This document shows, in pieces, positions 1-9,054 of a DNA stretch of 47,222 nt. Below the pieces are notes generated by a model. It saw only the letters and a list, made by a program, of their open reading frames with translations. It made no database searches and was not told the DNA's origin. The stretch covers positions 1-47,222 of the forward strand of contig WTIP01000056.1 of assembly GCA_011525195.1 (NCBI GenBank). The letters are read 5' to 3'. Each line of letters starts with the position of its first letter. The first letter of the stretch is position 1. The translations under genes were made by a program, and so were the position numbers. Source of the stretch: Flavobacteriales bacterium. Its GTDB lineage: Bacteria > Bacteroidota > Bacteroidia > Flavobacteriales > Flavobacteriaceae.

Positions 1-163
1 CATCTTCCTCTACATCAAGCGCTTCATAGCCATAAAAACTTTTATCATAGGTTTTCCATTCAATTGCCTGCCATGAAATCAGAAGTATAAGAGACAGACC
101 AATGACAAAATATAGACTGCTGTTTTTACTTAAATCAGCTTTTTCATTTTTTTTAGGTTGCAT
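1..163 (-). CDS. TonB-family energy transducer, N-terminal fragment (runs off the window edge)
   Basis: My own translation of the minus strand from ATG at 163-161 gives MQPKKNEKADLSKNSSLYFVIGLSLILLISWQAIEWKTYDKSFYGYEALDVEED..., open to position 1. A short basic N-terminus followed by a single TM anchor resembles flavobacterial TonB N-termini. It is absent from the ORF track because it is truncated. Confidence 0.45.
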   Translation of the reverse strand, partial: MQPKKNEKADLSKNSSLYFVIGLSLILLISWQAIEWKTYDKSFYGYEALDVEED

Positions 164-215
164 AGGTCACCAATATTTAGTTAGCTAAGCTAAAAAAAAA
201 TCTAACATAAACAAC

Positions 216-611
216 TTAATATTTTAGTGAATAATTAAATAGCTTTTTAATAATGAGTGCAGCAAGGAATACTCCTAAGCTATTGGCCAGCAAGTCAAAA
301 GGGTCAAATTCTCTTTGAAAAAAAGGGATCGCTTGTAGTAATTCTAAAAGTGTGCCGATAAGCCAAGCACTAATCCCTGATTTCAAAAGCGGTTTTTTAA
401 AAGTATAAAAAGCGGCAAAATAAGAAAGCGTGAGGCCCAAATAAAAACAAAAATGCAAAATCAGATCCCCTCTAATCATATAGAAATGCCAAGGGATTTG
501 ATCAGGAGAGGGGGGCTTTAAACTGAGATAAAAAGCAGCAAGAGTTGCTAAGCAAGCAACGAATTTAAAATAACGATCAGCCTGTAACCAATGATGAATA
601 CGCTTGTGCAT
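216..611 (-). CDS. VanZ-like family membrane protein
   Basis: Small four-TM protein with VanZ-like motifs ([14 protein letters not shown]; [18 protein letters not shown]). The track start at 614 is TTG; the adjacent ATG at 611 is preferred. It overlaps the gcvH 3' end by 35 nt. Confidence 0.6.
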   Translation of the reverse strand: MHKRIHHWLQADRYFKFVACLATLAAFYLSLKPPSPDQIPWHFYMIRGDLILHFCFYLGLTLSYFAAFYTFKKPLLKSGISAWLIGTLLELLQAIPFFQREFDPFDLLANSLGVFLAALIIKKLFNYSLKY

Positions 612-957
612 CAAGAAGATTTTCTAGCTCAGCAGGGTCACTCAATTTAATTTTTATCATCCATCCTTTGCCATAGGGGTCTTCATTGACCAGCTCAGGG
701 GTATCCTCTAAATCTTCATTAAAGGCAATCACTTCTCCAGATAAAGGCATAAATAGATCAGATACAGTTTTTACAGCCTCTACTGTCCCAAAAACGGCCT
801 CAGCTGATAGGGTCTCGTCGAGAGACTCTACTTCTACATAGACGATGTCTCCCAATTCGCCTTGTGCAAAGTCAGTAATTCCTACGATAGCTTCATCTCC
901 CTCAATTTTTATCCATTCATGATCTTTGGTATAGTGTAATTCTTCAGGTATTTTCAT
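577..957 (-). CDS. gcvH: glycine cleavage system protein H
   Basis: 126 aa with an ATG start. Typical GcvH sequence ([26 protein letters not shown]) and the lipoyl-lysine motif VEAVKTVSD. Confidence 0.95.
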   Translation of the reverse strand: MKIPEELHYTKDHEWIKIEGDEAIVGITDFAQGELGDIVYVEVESLDETLSAEAVFGTVEAVKTVSDLFMPLSGEVIAFNEDLEDTPELVNEDPYGKGWMIKIKLSDPAELENLLDAQAYSSLVTG

Positions 958-976
958 AGAACAAAATCTTAAATCA

Positions 977-984
977 CAAATGTA
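977..984 (-). promoter_or_regulatory. candidate Bacteroidota -7 promoter box (TACATTTG = TAnnTTTG) for gcvH
   Basis: Plus-strand caaatgta at 977-984 reads TACATTTG on the minus strand, with 19 nt to the gcvH ATG. A TTG (1004-1002) lies 17 nt upstream as a possible -33 element. Confidence 0.35.
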
Positions 985-1011
985 AAAGAATTCTCTAATT
1001 TCAAGTGGATT

Positions 1012-4000
1012 TTAATTCCCGAAGTTATAGCGAATGGTAATTCCAGATCGAATACTTGTCTGAGGAAAGGCAGTTGAAATCGCAAATTCAGAAAAGTTAT
1101 GGTCATAGAAAAATAAAGCCGTTAAATTTCTTGAAAGCGCATAATCTGCATTCAATTTTAGGGCAAGAATGCGTTGACCTGCTGTTACCTGGTTATTATC
1201 GTATTCCAGGTTTCTCAGCACTGTTATATTGTCCCTATAAGAGAGGTCCGCTCTTATATTTAAATCCCCTTTAAGAGTCACTTTTCGCCCCCCTAAGGTG
1301 GTTCTAAAACGCACGTCTTTAACTCTATATCCCAAACCAGCTACATACTCATCTCCAGTAGATTCTGTTAGTAAATTATTATCCAAACTCAATGAAATGG
1401 CACGTTCTTTCCGAATTTCAGCGAGAAGTTTAATAGAATTATTCATCTCCATATCCAGTCGTAAAAGTGGATTAAATTGCTCTACTAAATTAATATTAGA
1501 ATACAATCGGGCTGGGATGATATTACCCAGTTTGTCGATCGCATTTGGTTCATCAGCCTTGTATTCAAAATTAGACTGAAAATTGGTTAAAGTATAACTG
1601 GCTCTATAACCGTGATTTAATGAAAGTCGGGAAAAGATTTTAGAAACAGATTTCAGTGCAGTAAGTCCCGTAAATTTTAAATTCCAATTTGGCAATGGAA
1701 CGCCTTGAATCGGATTTAAATTTATCTGAGTGGGACTTTCACCTCGATATGCAGCGAGGAAAGAGAAGAGTAAAACTTCTTGCTGATTTTTTCCAAATCC
1801 TTGTGGAAAACCTTCCTCATCTAAAGGGAGAGATTCAAAAACGGTAGTACTCACTAAGCGCTGGGCAATTGCTAAACGGTAATTTCTGAAATTTTCAAAT
1901 ACCGTACTTTGCGCTCCATTCGTTTTGGCAAAGGTCGTGCGCAAAAGGACGGTTGAGCTACTAAAATTTCCATAAATATTAGAATTGCGAGGTATATAGG
2001 TTTGATCGGTGACTTTAAAGTTTTCCATTTGATTCTCCATATAATCACGATCAGCTGTAAAATCAATAATCAAGCCTTTTATGGGAATCAACTGAGCACT
2101 TGCTTTGAATTTGCTAGCGTGCATTTGTGTAAAAGATTGATTAAAATTTGGAAAACCTGTAAGCCACCCTTGTCTTGCCGCCTCATAGCGTATATCAGCC
2201 TGACTCCCCAAAGTATAGCCTAAAGTAGGTTGAAAACCTCCAGCAAATCCTACTGAAGGCAAATAACCAGGAAGGACTGAGCCATTGTTTTCACTATAGC
2301 TGGCTTGTACCCGTTTAATCAATGTCATGACGTCTACCAGTTTAGTCAGTCCTTTTTTAAATATCGAATTTTTGGATTTAGAAATAGTGTCATTTTCCTT
2401 TCTAGCAGTCTGAATTCTTGAATTAAAAGCTGACCTTGACGCCTCCTTTAATCCAAGCGCTGAATAAAGCTTAGAAAAAGAAAGGGCTGTAGTGAAAGTC
2501 TTGGTATTATTATTTTGAATGGTATTGACAATTCCAAGGGGAATTCCTTCCTCACTAATTACTTGTGACAATGCCTCTGAGCCCCGCTGCCAGTTAAAAT
2601 TTCCCGTATAATTATAGGCTGCATCAATAAAACTTAAAAAAGGGATATACTGTAATGGTAATTTATAATTAAGTGTTAACGTCTGAAGGTGATTATTGGG
2701 TTCACCCGTACTCAAAAGCCCTTGCCAAAGGGCGTTTTTTTCTTGCTGGAAGGGACTCAAAACGCCCATTTCTTGAAATGGAGCATTTCGAATAATACTG
2801 CTTGTGGAGGCATTAAAATTAAACCTGAGTGAGCGGGTCAAATTATGGTTCAGACTGTAGTTATAGTCAAATAAAAAATTGCGTTGCTGTAAATTGGGCA
2901 GACTGCGCTGTAAGGATGCATCTACACCCTCAAGATAAACTTGCCTGAATTTTTGATTATTCAAAATACGGTTAATATTTGCTGCCCCTTGAACGGCACT
3001 AGGTAATAAATTAAAATTCAATTGCTGAAGCCATTGCAAATATTTTTTTCTATTAAAGTAATTTACTTTTTTAAAGGGTTCAATGGGCTTTGAATTAAAT
3101 GAGTATCCATAATTTGTCCCCAAGAGTAAATTAAATTCTTCTTGTTGTTCGATTTCATAATCTCTGTGTATCGCCTCATTATAGGCGTAAGAAAAATCAA
3201 AATTTTCAGGGCTGTAAAAGCGGCGTTTTCCAGTACCACTTCCTGTTTTACGAACCCCTATTAAACTCACACTTTTTCTTTTTGTATAGTCTATAGATTG
3301 GTTTTTAATCGAATCTCTTTGAGAAGGGCGCTCTGCTGTATCTAAACGGTCTTGGAGCTTGATATCTTGATAAAAAGGATCGTATTCAGGAGTAATTAAA
3401 GTTTCACCTGTAGCAAAACTTAATGGAAGCTGAAGGCCCCACTTTTCAGGAGCCAGTTGCCCTATATTTATATTGGAAATAAGATCATATTGCAGTAATT
3501 CTTCTCTTGTTCTTTCATTAGGCGTCATATCGATACTTCCAAATCCAATACTAGAATAGCGTCCACTTGCAGAAAGCGTAGCAAAATCAGCAATATTGGC
3601 ATCTAGTGAACCAACAGCGGCCCAACCATCTTGGCTGTCTATTCCTGAGATCCGCAATTCATTAAACCACACCTCTCCACATAAAACATCTCCCAATTCT
3701 GAAGAAGGGTTTTTCACCCCGATCATCAGTGTTTTTAAATTACCAAGAGAGGGATTTCCTCGGATGGCAAATTTGTATTTTTTACTCCCTGGAAGTGAAC
3801 TTATAGGTGAAAATTCACGAATTGGATTTAATTCTTCATCAAAATACAGGGTTTGCCCCAATCCTAATTCTTTTAGTGCAATGGCTTTAAGTTTAGCCAG
3901 AAAGTCTATTGAAACTTCTATAGAATTGGACTCCGGAATCCAAACTTCTTCAGCACTATATCGGTTTGAAGTATTTTCGCTGTAGGCGGTAGGCTTTAAT

Positions 4001-7000
4001 GGAATTTCTATTTGGTAAAAATTATCTTGATAATCCGTACCCAAACGAATAAAAGCCACCAAGCGTTTGTCAAATTCGTCTTCTGTCCCTTCTCCCGGAA
4101 GTTGTTCTTGACCCGGGAGTGATTCAGCATGTAAAAACATTCTGAGCTTACTGTATTGCCTCATATCTAAATCAATCCCCTTAAAAATACCTCGGGCATC
4201 TCTGGGCTGAAGATCACAAACCCTAAAAGAAAGAGACTGTTCGTTTTGGCGGATTATCGTATTGTTATTATTTATTTGTTCTCGTTGTACTTCAGGGGGT
4301 AAAACATAATTTATAGGAATTCTATTTTCATTTTCTAAAATATTGACGGTACTAATATCTACAGTGGTATTTGTATTTAAAACAGCCTCGTTATTTAAAG
4401 GTTTATTATAGCGTCTCCAATCTCCACGCACCAAATCCAAGGTTCCAAATCTAAAAACAACTTCTTGATCAAAGCCTGTGAGTAGCATACGCATAAAACG
4501 TATTGAACGCAAATCATTAATGGCATTTATCGCCTCAAAATAAGTCTCAAAAGAAGTATTTTCATAATAGGTCTTTTGAATGGGTACTTTAAACTGAATC
4601 CAACGTGTGGTAAACTCGTCTCCATTGGGTGCATTGACTTTAATATTTTCTCTTACATCAGTCACAAAGGGATGATTGCCCACCTGCATATTTTTTCGAA
4701 TCGGAATACGATATTCAAAATAGCTGTCTATGGTATTCATACTTTGATCCCTATTGATGTCTTCCGTATCCGGTTCTGTCGTATTTCCTCGGTCTGTATC
4801 GCTAAAAGCAACAGGGGTATTATTTTCAAAGCCATTGTAATTTTTATAACGCTCTAAAATTCCTCCTTCTGCCTGAAGAAAATATTGATAGTTATCGCCC
4901 GCAGGATCTGCTGCCGGACCATTAGTAAAAATACGTCCCTCTTCACTGTCGGGTAAGCCATCTAGACCTACATCTTGAAGGATTCGGTCTTCCTCAAGCG
5001 CATTAAAGGCATAGACTAAGGATTGATTTGCTGGCACTCTACCCCAGGGCGTCTCATAGGTGGGTGTTTGTTCTGAAGTACTCGGTAAACCATTTTCAAA
5101 TTGCTTTCTTCCATCACGGAGAATATCCTCAGATATATTTCCCAAATGAAAAACCAATTCGCCCAAGTCATCTGACGGAGCTTCTTTGGTAGAAAAGGTG
5201 TCCAAGAGCCAAAACTCTATAAATTCCACATTAGACTGCTCAAAATTTGTCGCATTTAAAGCCCTTGTAATTCCTGCCCATTTCTCTTTACTATTTTCAG
5301 CATAGTTTGTATTGGGCGCATTATTATAAGGCCCTTTTTCTGATGGGTAAAAAGCAAGATCTAGTGTGGGGAGGGTTCTGGGGGTCCCTTGAACCAAATC
5401 TTGTTCTGGAAATAGTTCGTCTATAAAAATACGGCGTGTTTCATTTGAGGAAATCTCATTATTGGTAATTCCTGGGGGTTGACGGGAATAAAAAACCTGA
5501 TCAATCGAATACCAGGCCAATTTTGAGCGTCCAAAGCCGCTTTCTAGGCCCTCTGACTGCGCTCCTGGCACCCCTTTTAGAGGTACACTGGAAAGGGTCC
5601 ATGCATTAAAACCCTTGACGTCAATATTGGTTTGGGCACCCTCAAAATCATCTATATATACATTGGTTTCACCATTTAAAAGAGTATTTCTTGGGTCATT
5701 AGCAGCTAATCTTGCTAATTCACCCCTAAATGAGATTTGTGAAGGGATGGTTGTTTTAATCGTTGGCCATTTATTAACCAGACGGGTTAAAAAAGGAATT
5801 TCAGTAGAGAAATTTGTATTGAATCCCATCATTGTATTATTTACGGGCTCAGTACCATAATTTGCTTTCTGCGTTAATGGGTTTTCGCTCAAATTAATGA
5901 GTGTCCCCCCTATTGCTATTTTATCTGAAATCCTATGGTTCATATTAAACCCCGAAAAACGTTTGTTTTGCTGATTGAAAAAAGAATTGTTTTCAACCGA
6001 AATATCTATGGGAATATTTGAGGCTCTTAGGCCCTCATCTAAAATTTTTACTCTTCCAATTTCGTAATTGACAATATAATCTAATCCTTCTCTAAGCACA
6101 CGCCCTCCTGCTGTAACCCGAACCGAACCGCGAGGGATATTAAAAGCCCCTATACTAATCCCATCACCTCCAGCTGACTTATAACGTCCTTTTAATTGAA
6201 ATTTATTTTTTTCAGTAAACTCTAAAGCTGCTGCCTTTGTCAGGCTGTACATTTCTCTAAAAACATAACGCTTTTGATTTTTATTATAGGTGCTTTCCTG
6301 GGTATATTCTTCTTTTGATGATTCCGGATTGTCCAGTAATTCAAAAAGAAATGCACCAAATGGCTCTACTTTTGGAAAAATGATTCTTCCATAACGGGGA
6401 TCTACGGTAATGCCTGGGATAAAATCAAAAAAACCGTCTCCTTTTGGAACTAAATCCTGATAGGCATTAAGGCGGTCTAGATCCATCGTATTGAGGAGTA
6501 CTTCATCATCTAGCCGATTGGGCCATATGGCGGGATCTACGGGAGTCATATAATTAATCGGTGAAGGATCCGTATATAAAATACTTAAGCGAAAATCTTC
6601 ATCGGACAACTGAAAAGCGCCCGTATTATAGATATTCTTCATCATTAAATCCCAAACGGGTTGGCGTACATCTGTAACACTGCTTTTGAGCATTTTTACA
6701 ATCAAATTATTAGACTGAACAACTCCCTGCTGTGACTGCTGCGCGCCCAAATTACGTGTCTGAGTTAGTGAAGTACCCGGAATTTCACCATTGGCAAATT
6801 CACCCACCTGATAGATTCTTCCTTGATAGCTATATTGATAGGCAATAGCCAAAACCTCGTCATTACTCAAGCGCTGATTTAATGAAATATAACCCAATTG
6901 CGGGTGGTAACTGTATTCCTGTTCGGTTAATTTTCTTGCACTTTCCAAAATTGCGTAATCGTATCCTTCACTGACTTTAGCTCCTTGAAATCCCTGCTTT

Positions 7001-8466
7001 ACGGTAGCAATATCACGAACTGCATCAGTTAATAAGCCGTCTAAGCCTATTTCATCTGGATCAAGCCGATTCACCTCATTATGTGGAGGTGCATTGGGGT
7101 CGCTGACGCTAAAAAAATTAGAAACCCGTTGCCCTAAAGAAGTACGTGCTGGATTTGCTTCCCCAAGGTCTTGAAGTGCAATAATATTTCTAACATTTTG
7201 CGTCTGATACCCTCTATTTGTTACCCATACTTCGATACGGGTTATCTGTACGGGAGAGTTAATATAAGGGTAGGTCTCTAAAGACCGATCATAGGTATCG
7301 CGGAAGTAGTGACTGATAAAATAATGCCTGTCTTCTTCATAATCTAAGGCATACAAATCAAATTCTTGCAATTTACCCCCTCCCTGGGTTGTAATATTCT
7401 GAGATTGGGAGCGTTGTTCTGAGAAAACAGTAGAAATCGTAGTATTACCAAATTTTAAATCGGCGCGTACACCAAAGAGACTCTGTGCACCTTGAATCAA
7501 ATTACTATTGATAGGCATACTAATATTCCCAATATCTATATTCTGTAAAATCGCATCTTCTGTTACAGTTCCATTAAGAAATTGAGCGACACGATCTCCC
7601 GCTGCAAGAGGATTTGCTGCATATTCACTAGCCGTCTGTCTTAGGTTTTGAATTTTTTGGCGGGCTTGCTCTATACCATTTTTTCCCTCACCCATAAGCC
7701 CTTTTACCTCATCTACACTATTTTGAATTTGATTGATACCCTCCTGTACGCGTTCAATTTGATTGCCAAGATTTCCAGGAATTCCACCCAAATCAAGCGA
7801 TTGAAGCTCTGAAATTTTAGGTGGGTTAAATTGAATTTTGACTAGATTTTGAAAATCAAATGTAGATTCGGTATCATAATTTGCTGTGATTTGTAGGCGT
7901 TCTCCTATTTTACCGAGTAAACTCAAACTAATCCGCTGATCAAATTCAAAGCCCGGAGACCGCCGGTTGATAACAGAAGCGATCGGATTGTCATTTCTCT
8001 GATAACGATAGCCAAGATCTATTCCTATGGTTCCCTGAGGGGTGATGTCAATGGCATTACTTCCAAAAATGGATTCAAAAAATTTATTATTGACATAGAG
8101 CTCTGGGAGTAGATTTTTTTGGGCTTCTTCGGCATCAGGTCCTCTTCCACTCAATGCTTTCAGTTTGCCCTGAAAATAGGTTTGCATTTTTTCTTTGAGT
8201 ACTAGAGCCTCATATTCTTTAACAGTAAGTACTAAAGGGATATTTATAGGATAGCCGCCTATTTCTTGTGTGAAAATATAACGCTCTGTAACAGGATCAT
8301 AGGTATATTGGCTGCTGATACTCGCTGGAAGGGGAAGCGAGATAGTGCCTAAGTCTGCCGTTTCTTCTTGAGCAGAAACAATTCCACCAATAAAAAACAA
8401 CCCTAAAATTAAAGGGATGAGGTAAGGAAACGGGGTAAAAACTACTTTATGCGTTCTTCCAAACAA
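1012..8466 (-). CDS. sprA: T9SS outer-membrane translocon SprA (Sov)
   Basis: 2484 aa with an N-terminal signal peptide (LILGLFFIGGIVSAQE). Size, beta-rich composition and the ruvA-sprA-gcvH neighbourhood are typical of flavobacterial SprA. The only in-frame start ahead of the signal peptide is TTG at 8466, 5 nt after the ruvA stop. Confidence 0.88.
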   Translation of the reverse strand: MFGRTHKVVFTPFPYLIPLILGLFFIGGIVSAQEETADLGTISLPLPASISSQYTYDPVTERYIFTQEIGGYPINIPLVLTVKEYEALVLKEKMQTYFQGKLKALSGRGPDAEEAQKNLLPELYVNNKFFESIFGSNAIDITPQGTIGIDLGYRYQRNDNPIASVINRRSPGFEFDQRISLSLLGKIGERLQITANYDTESTFDFQNLVKIQFNPPKISELQSLDLGGIPGNLGNQIERVQEGINQIQNSVDEVKGLMGEGKNGIEQARQKIQNLRQTASEYAANPLAAGDRVAQFLNGTVTEDAILQNIDIGNISMPINSNLIQGAQSLFGVRADLKFGNTTISTVFSEQRSQSQNITTQGGGKLQEFDLYALDYEEDRHYFISHYFRDTYDRSLETYPYINSPVQITRIEVWVTNRGYQTQNVRNIIALQDLGEANPARTSLGQRVSNFFSVSDPNAPPHNEVNRLDPDEIGLDGLLTDAVRDIATVKQGFQGAKVSEGYDYAILESARKLTEQEYSYHPQLGYISLNQRLSNDEVLAIAYQYSYQGRIYQVGEFANGEIPGTSLTQTRNLGAQQSQQGVVQSNNLIVKMLKSSVTDVRQPVWDLMMKNIYNTGAFQLSDEDFRLSILYTDPSPINYMTPVDPAIWPNRLDDEVLLNTMDLDRLNAYQDLVPKGDGFFDFIPGITVDPRYGRIIFPKVEPFGAFLFELLDNPESSKEEYTQESTYNKNQKRYVFREMYSLTKAAALEFTEKNKFQLKGRYKSAGGDGISIGAFNIPRGSVRVTAGGRVLREGLDYIVNYEIGRVKILDEGLRASNIPIDISVENNSFFNQQNKRFSGFNMNHRISDKIAIGGTLINLSENPLTQKANYGTEPVNNTMMGFNTNFSTEIPFLTRLVNKWPTIKTTIPSQISFRGELARLAANDPRNTLLNGETNVYIDDFEGAQTNIDVKGFNAWTLSSVPLKGVPGAQSEGLESGFGRSKLAWYSIDQVFYSRQPPGITNNEISSNETRRIFIDELFPEQDLVQGTPRTLPTLDLAFYPSEKGPYNNAPNTNYAENSKEKWAGITRALNATNFEQSNVEFIEFWLLDTFSTKEAPSDDLGELVFHLGNISEDILRDGRKQFENGLPSTSEQTPTYETPWGRVPANQSLVYAFNALEEDRILQDVGLDGLPDSEEGRIFTNGPAADPAGDNYQYFLQAEGGILERYKNYNGFENNTPVAFSDTDRGNTTEPDTEDINRDQSMNTIDSYFEYRIPIRKNMQVGNHPFVTDVRENIKVNAPNGDEFTTRWIQFKVPIQKTYYENTSFETYFEAINAINDLRSIRFMRMLLTGFDQEVVFRFGTLDLVRGDWRRYNKPLNNEAVLNTNTTVDISTVNILENENRIPINYVLPPEVQREQINNNNTIIRQNEQSLSFRVCDLQPRDARGIFKGIDLDMRQYSKLRMFLHAESLPGQEQLPGEGTEDEFDKRLVAFIRLGTDYQDNFYQIEIPLKPTAYSENTSNRYSAEEVWIPESNSIEVSIDFLAKLKAIALKELGLGQTLYFDEELNPIREFSPISSLPGSKKYKFAIRGNPSLGNLKTLMIGVKNPSSELGDVLCGEVWFNELRISGIDSQDGWAAVGSLDANIADFATLSASGRYSSIGFGSIDMTPNERTREELLQYDLISNINIGQLAPEKWGLQLPLSFATGETLITPEYDPFYQDIKLQDRLDTAERPSQRDSIKNQSIDYTKRKSVSLIGVRKTGSGTGKRRFYSPENFDFSYAYNEAIHRDYEIEQQEEFNLLLGTNYGYSFNSKPIEPFKKVNYFNRKKYLQWLQQLNFNLLPSAVQGAANINRILNNQKFRQVYLEGVDASLQRSLPNLQQRNFLFDYNYSLNHNLTRSLRFNFNASTSSIIRNAPFQEMGVLSPFQQEKNALWQGLLSTGEPNNHLQTLTLNYKLPLQYIPFLSFIDAAYNYTGNFNWQRGSEALSQVISEEGIPLGIVNTIQNNNTKTFTTALSFSKLYSALGLKEASRSAFNSRIQTARKENDTISKSKNSIFKKGLTKLVDVMTLIKRVQASYSENNGSVLPGYLPSVGFAGGFQPTLGYTLGSQADIRYEAARQGWLTGFPNFNQSFTQMHASKFKASAQLIPIKGLIIDFTADRDYMENQMENFKVTDQTYIPRNSNIYGNFSSSTVLLRTTFAKTNGAQSTVFENFRNYRLAIAQRLVSTTVFESLPLDEEGFPQGFGKNQQEVLLFSFLAAYRGESPTQINLNPIQGVPLPNWNLKFTGLTALKSVSKIFSRLSLNHGYRASYTLTNFQSNFEYKADEPNAIDKLGNIIPARLYSNINLVEQFNPLLRLDMEMNNSIKLLAEIRKERAISLSLDNNLLTESTGDEYVAGLGYRVKDVRFRTTLGGRKVTLKGDLNIRADLSYRDNITVLRNLEYDNNQVTAGQRILALKLNADYALSRNLTALFFYDHNFSEFAISTAFPQTSIRSGITIRYNFGN

Positions 8467-8471
8467 ATGGT

Positions 8472-9053
8472 TTACAATTTATTCAGAGCCGCTTTAATCA
8501 AGGCTTCTACCGAATACTCCGGATTGCTCTGAATGACGTTATCAATTACTTTCTCAGACTGCTTTCTTGAATAACCAAGAACCTCTAGTGCTGATAACGC
8601 TTCTTCTTTAATTGTATTGTTTGAAAATGCTTCTATTTCTTCCCCTTCAAAGAGGTTAATCATCTTGTCTTTTAGCTCGATTAAGACCCTTTGAGCTGTT
8701 TTTAAGCCGATCCCTTTAACGGATTTAATCAATGCTAAATCTTCTCCAATAATGGCTCTTTGAATTTGTTGGGGCTCTAGAGAAGAAAGCATTGTTCTGG
8801 CAGTACTTGCTCCGATCCCTGAAACAGAAATTAATTGTTGAAAAACAGCACGCTCCATGGTAGTAAAAAATCCATATAAAGTATGTGAATCTTCTTTTAC
8901 CTGTAGGTGTGTATATAATTTTATAGACTCATCAGCCCCTATTTGAGCATAAGTATGAAGTGAAATGTGTACAAGATAGCCTACACCCTGGCAATCAATA
9001 ACGACGGCAGTAGGCGATTTTTCAACTAAACGACCGATGAGTTGTGTAATCAT
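8472..9053 (-). CDS. ruvA: Holliday junction branch migration protein RuvA
   Basis: MITQLIGRLVEKSPT... is a canonical RuvA N-terminus, and helix-hairpin-helix motifs are present (SVSGIGASTA, VKGIGLKTAQRV). The track ORF begins at a TTG (9080); ATG at 9053 is preferred, 1 nt after the maeB stop. Confidence 0.9.
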   Translation of the reverse strand: MITQLIGRLVEKSPTAVVIDCQGVGYLVHISLHTYAQIGADESIKLYTHLQVKEDSHTLYGFFTTMERAVFQQLISVSGIGASTARTMLSSLEPQQIQRAIIGEDLALIKSVKGIGLKTAQRVLIELKDKMINLFEGEEIEAFSNNTIKEEALSALEVLGYSRKQSEKVIDNVIQSNPEYSVEALIKAALNKL

Positions 9054-9054
9054 T

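Noticed and set aside
180-200. Palindrome TTAGC-TAA-GCTAA next to an A9 run between the VanZ-like and TonB genes
   Set aside because: On the minus (transcribed) strand the U-run precedes the hairpin rather than following it. The stem is 5 bp and AT-rich, so it is not a credible terminator.
3596-3985. 129-aa plus-strand ORF and other short plus-strand ORFs (1056-1274, 1298-1579, 2002-2223, 4576-4857, 5615-5860) within sprA
   Set aside because: These are antisense shadow ORFs inside a 7.4-kb gene. They have no independent start context or motifs.
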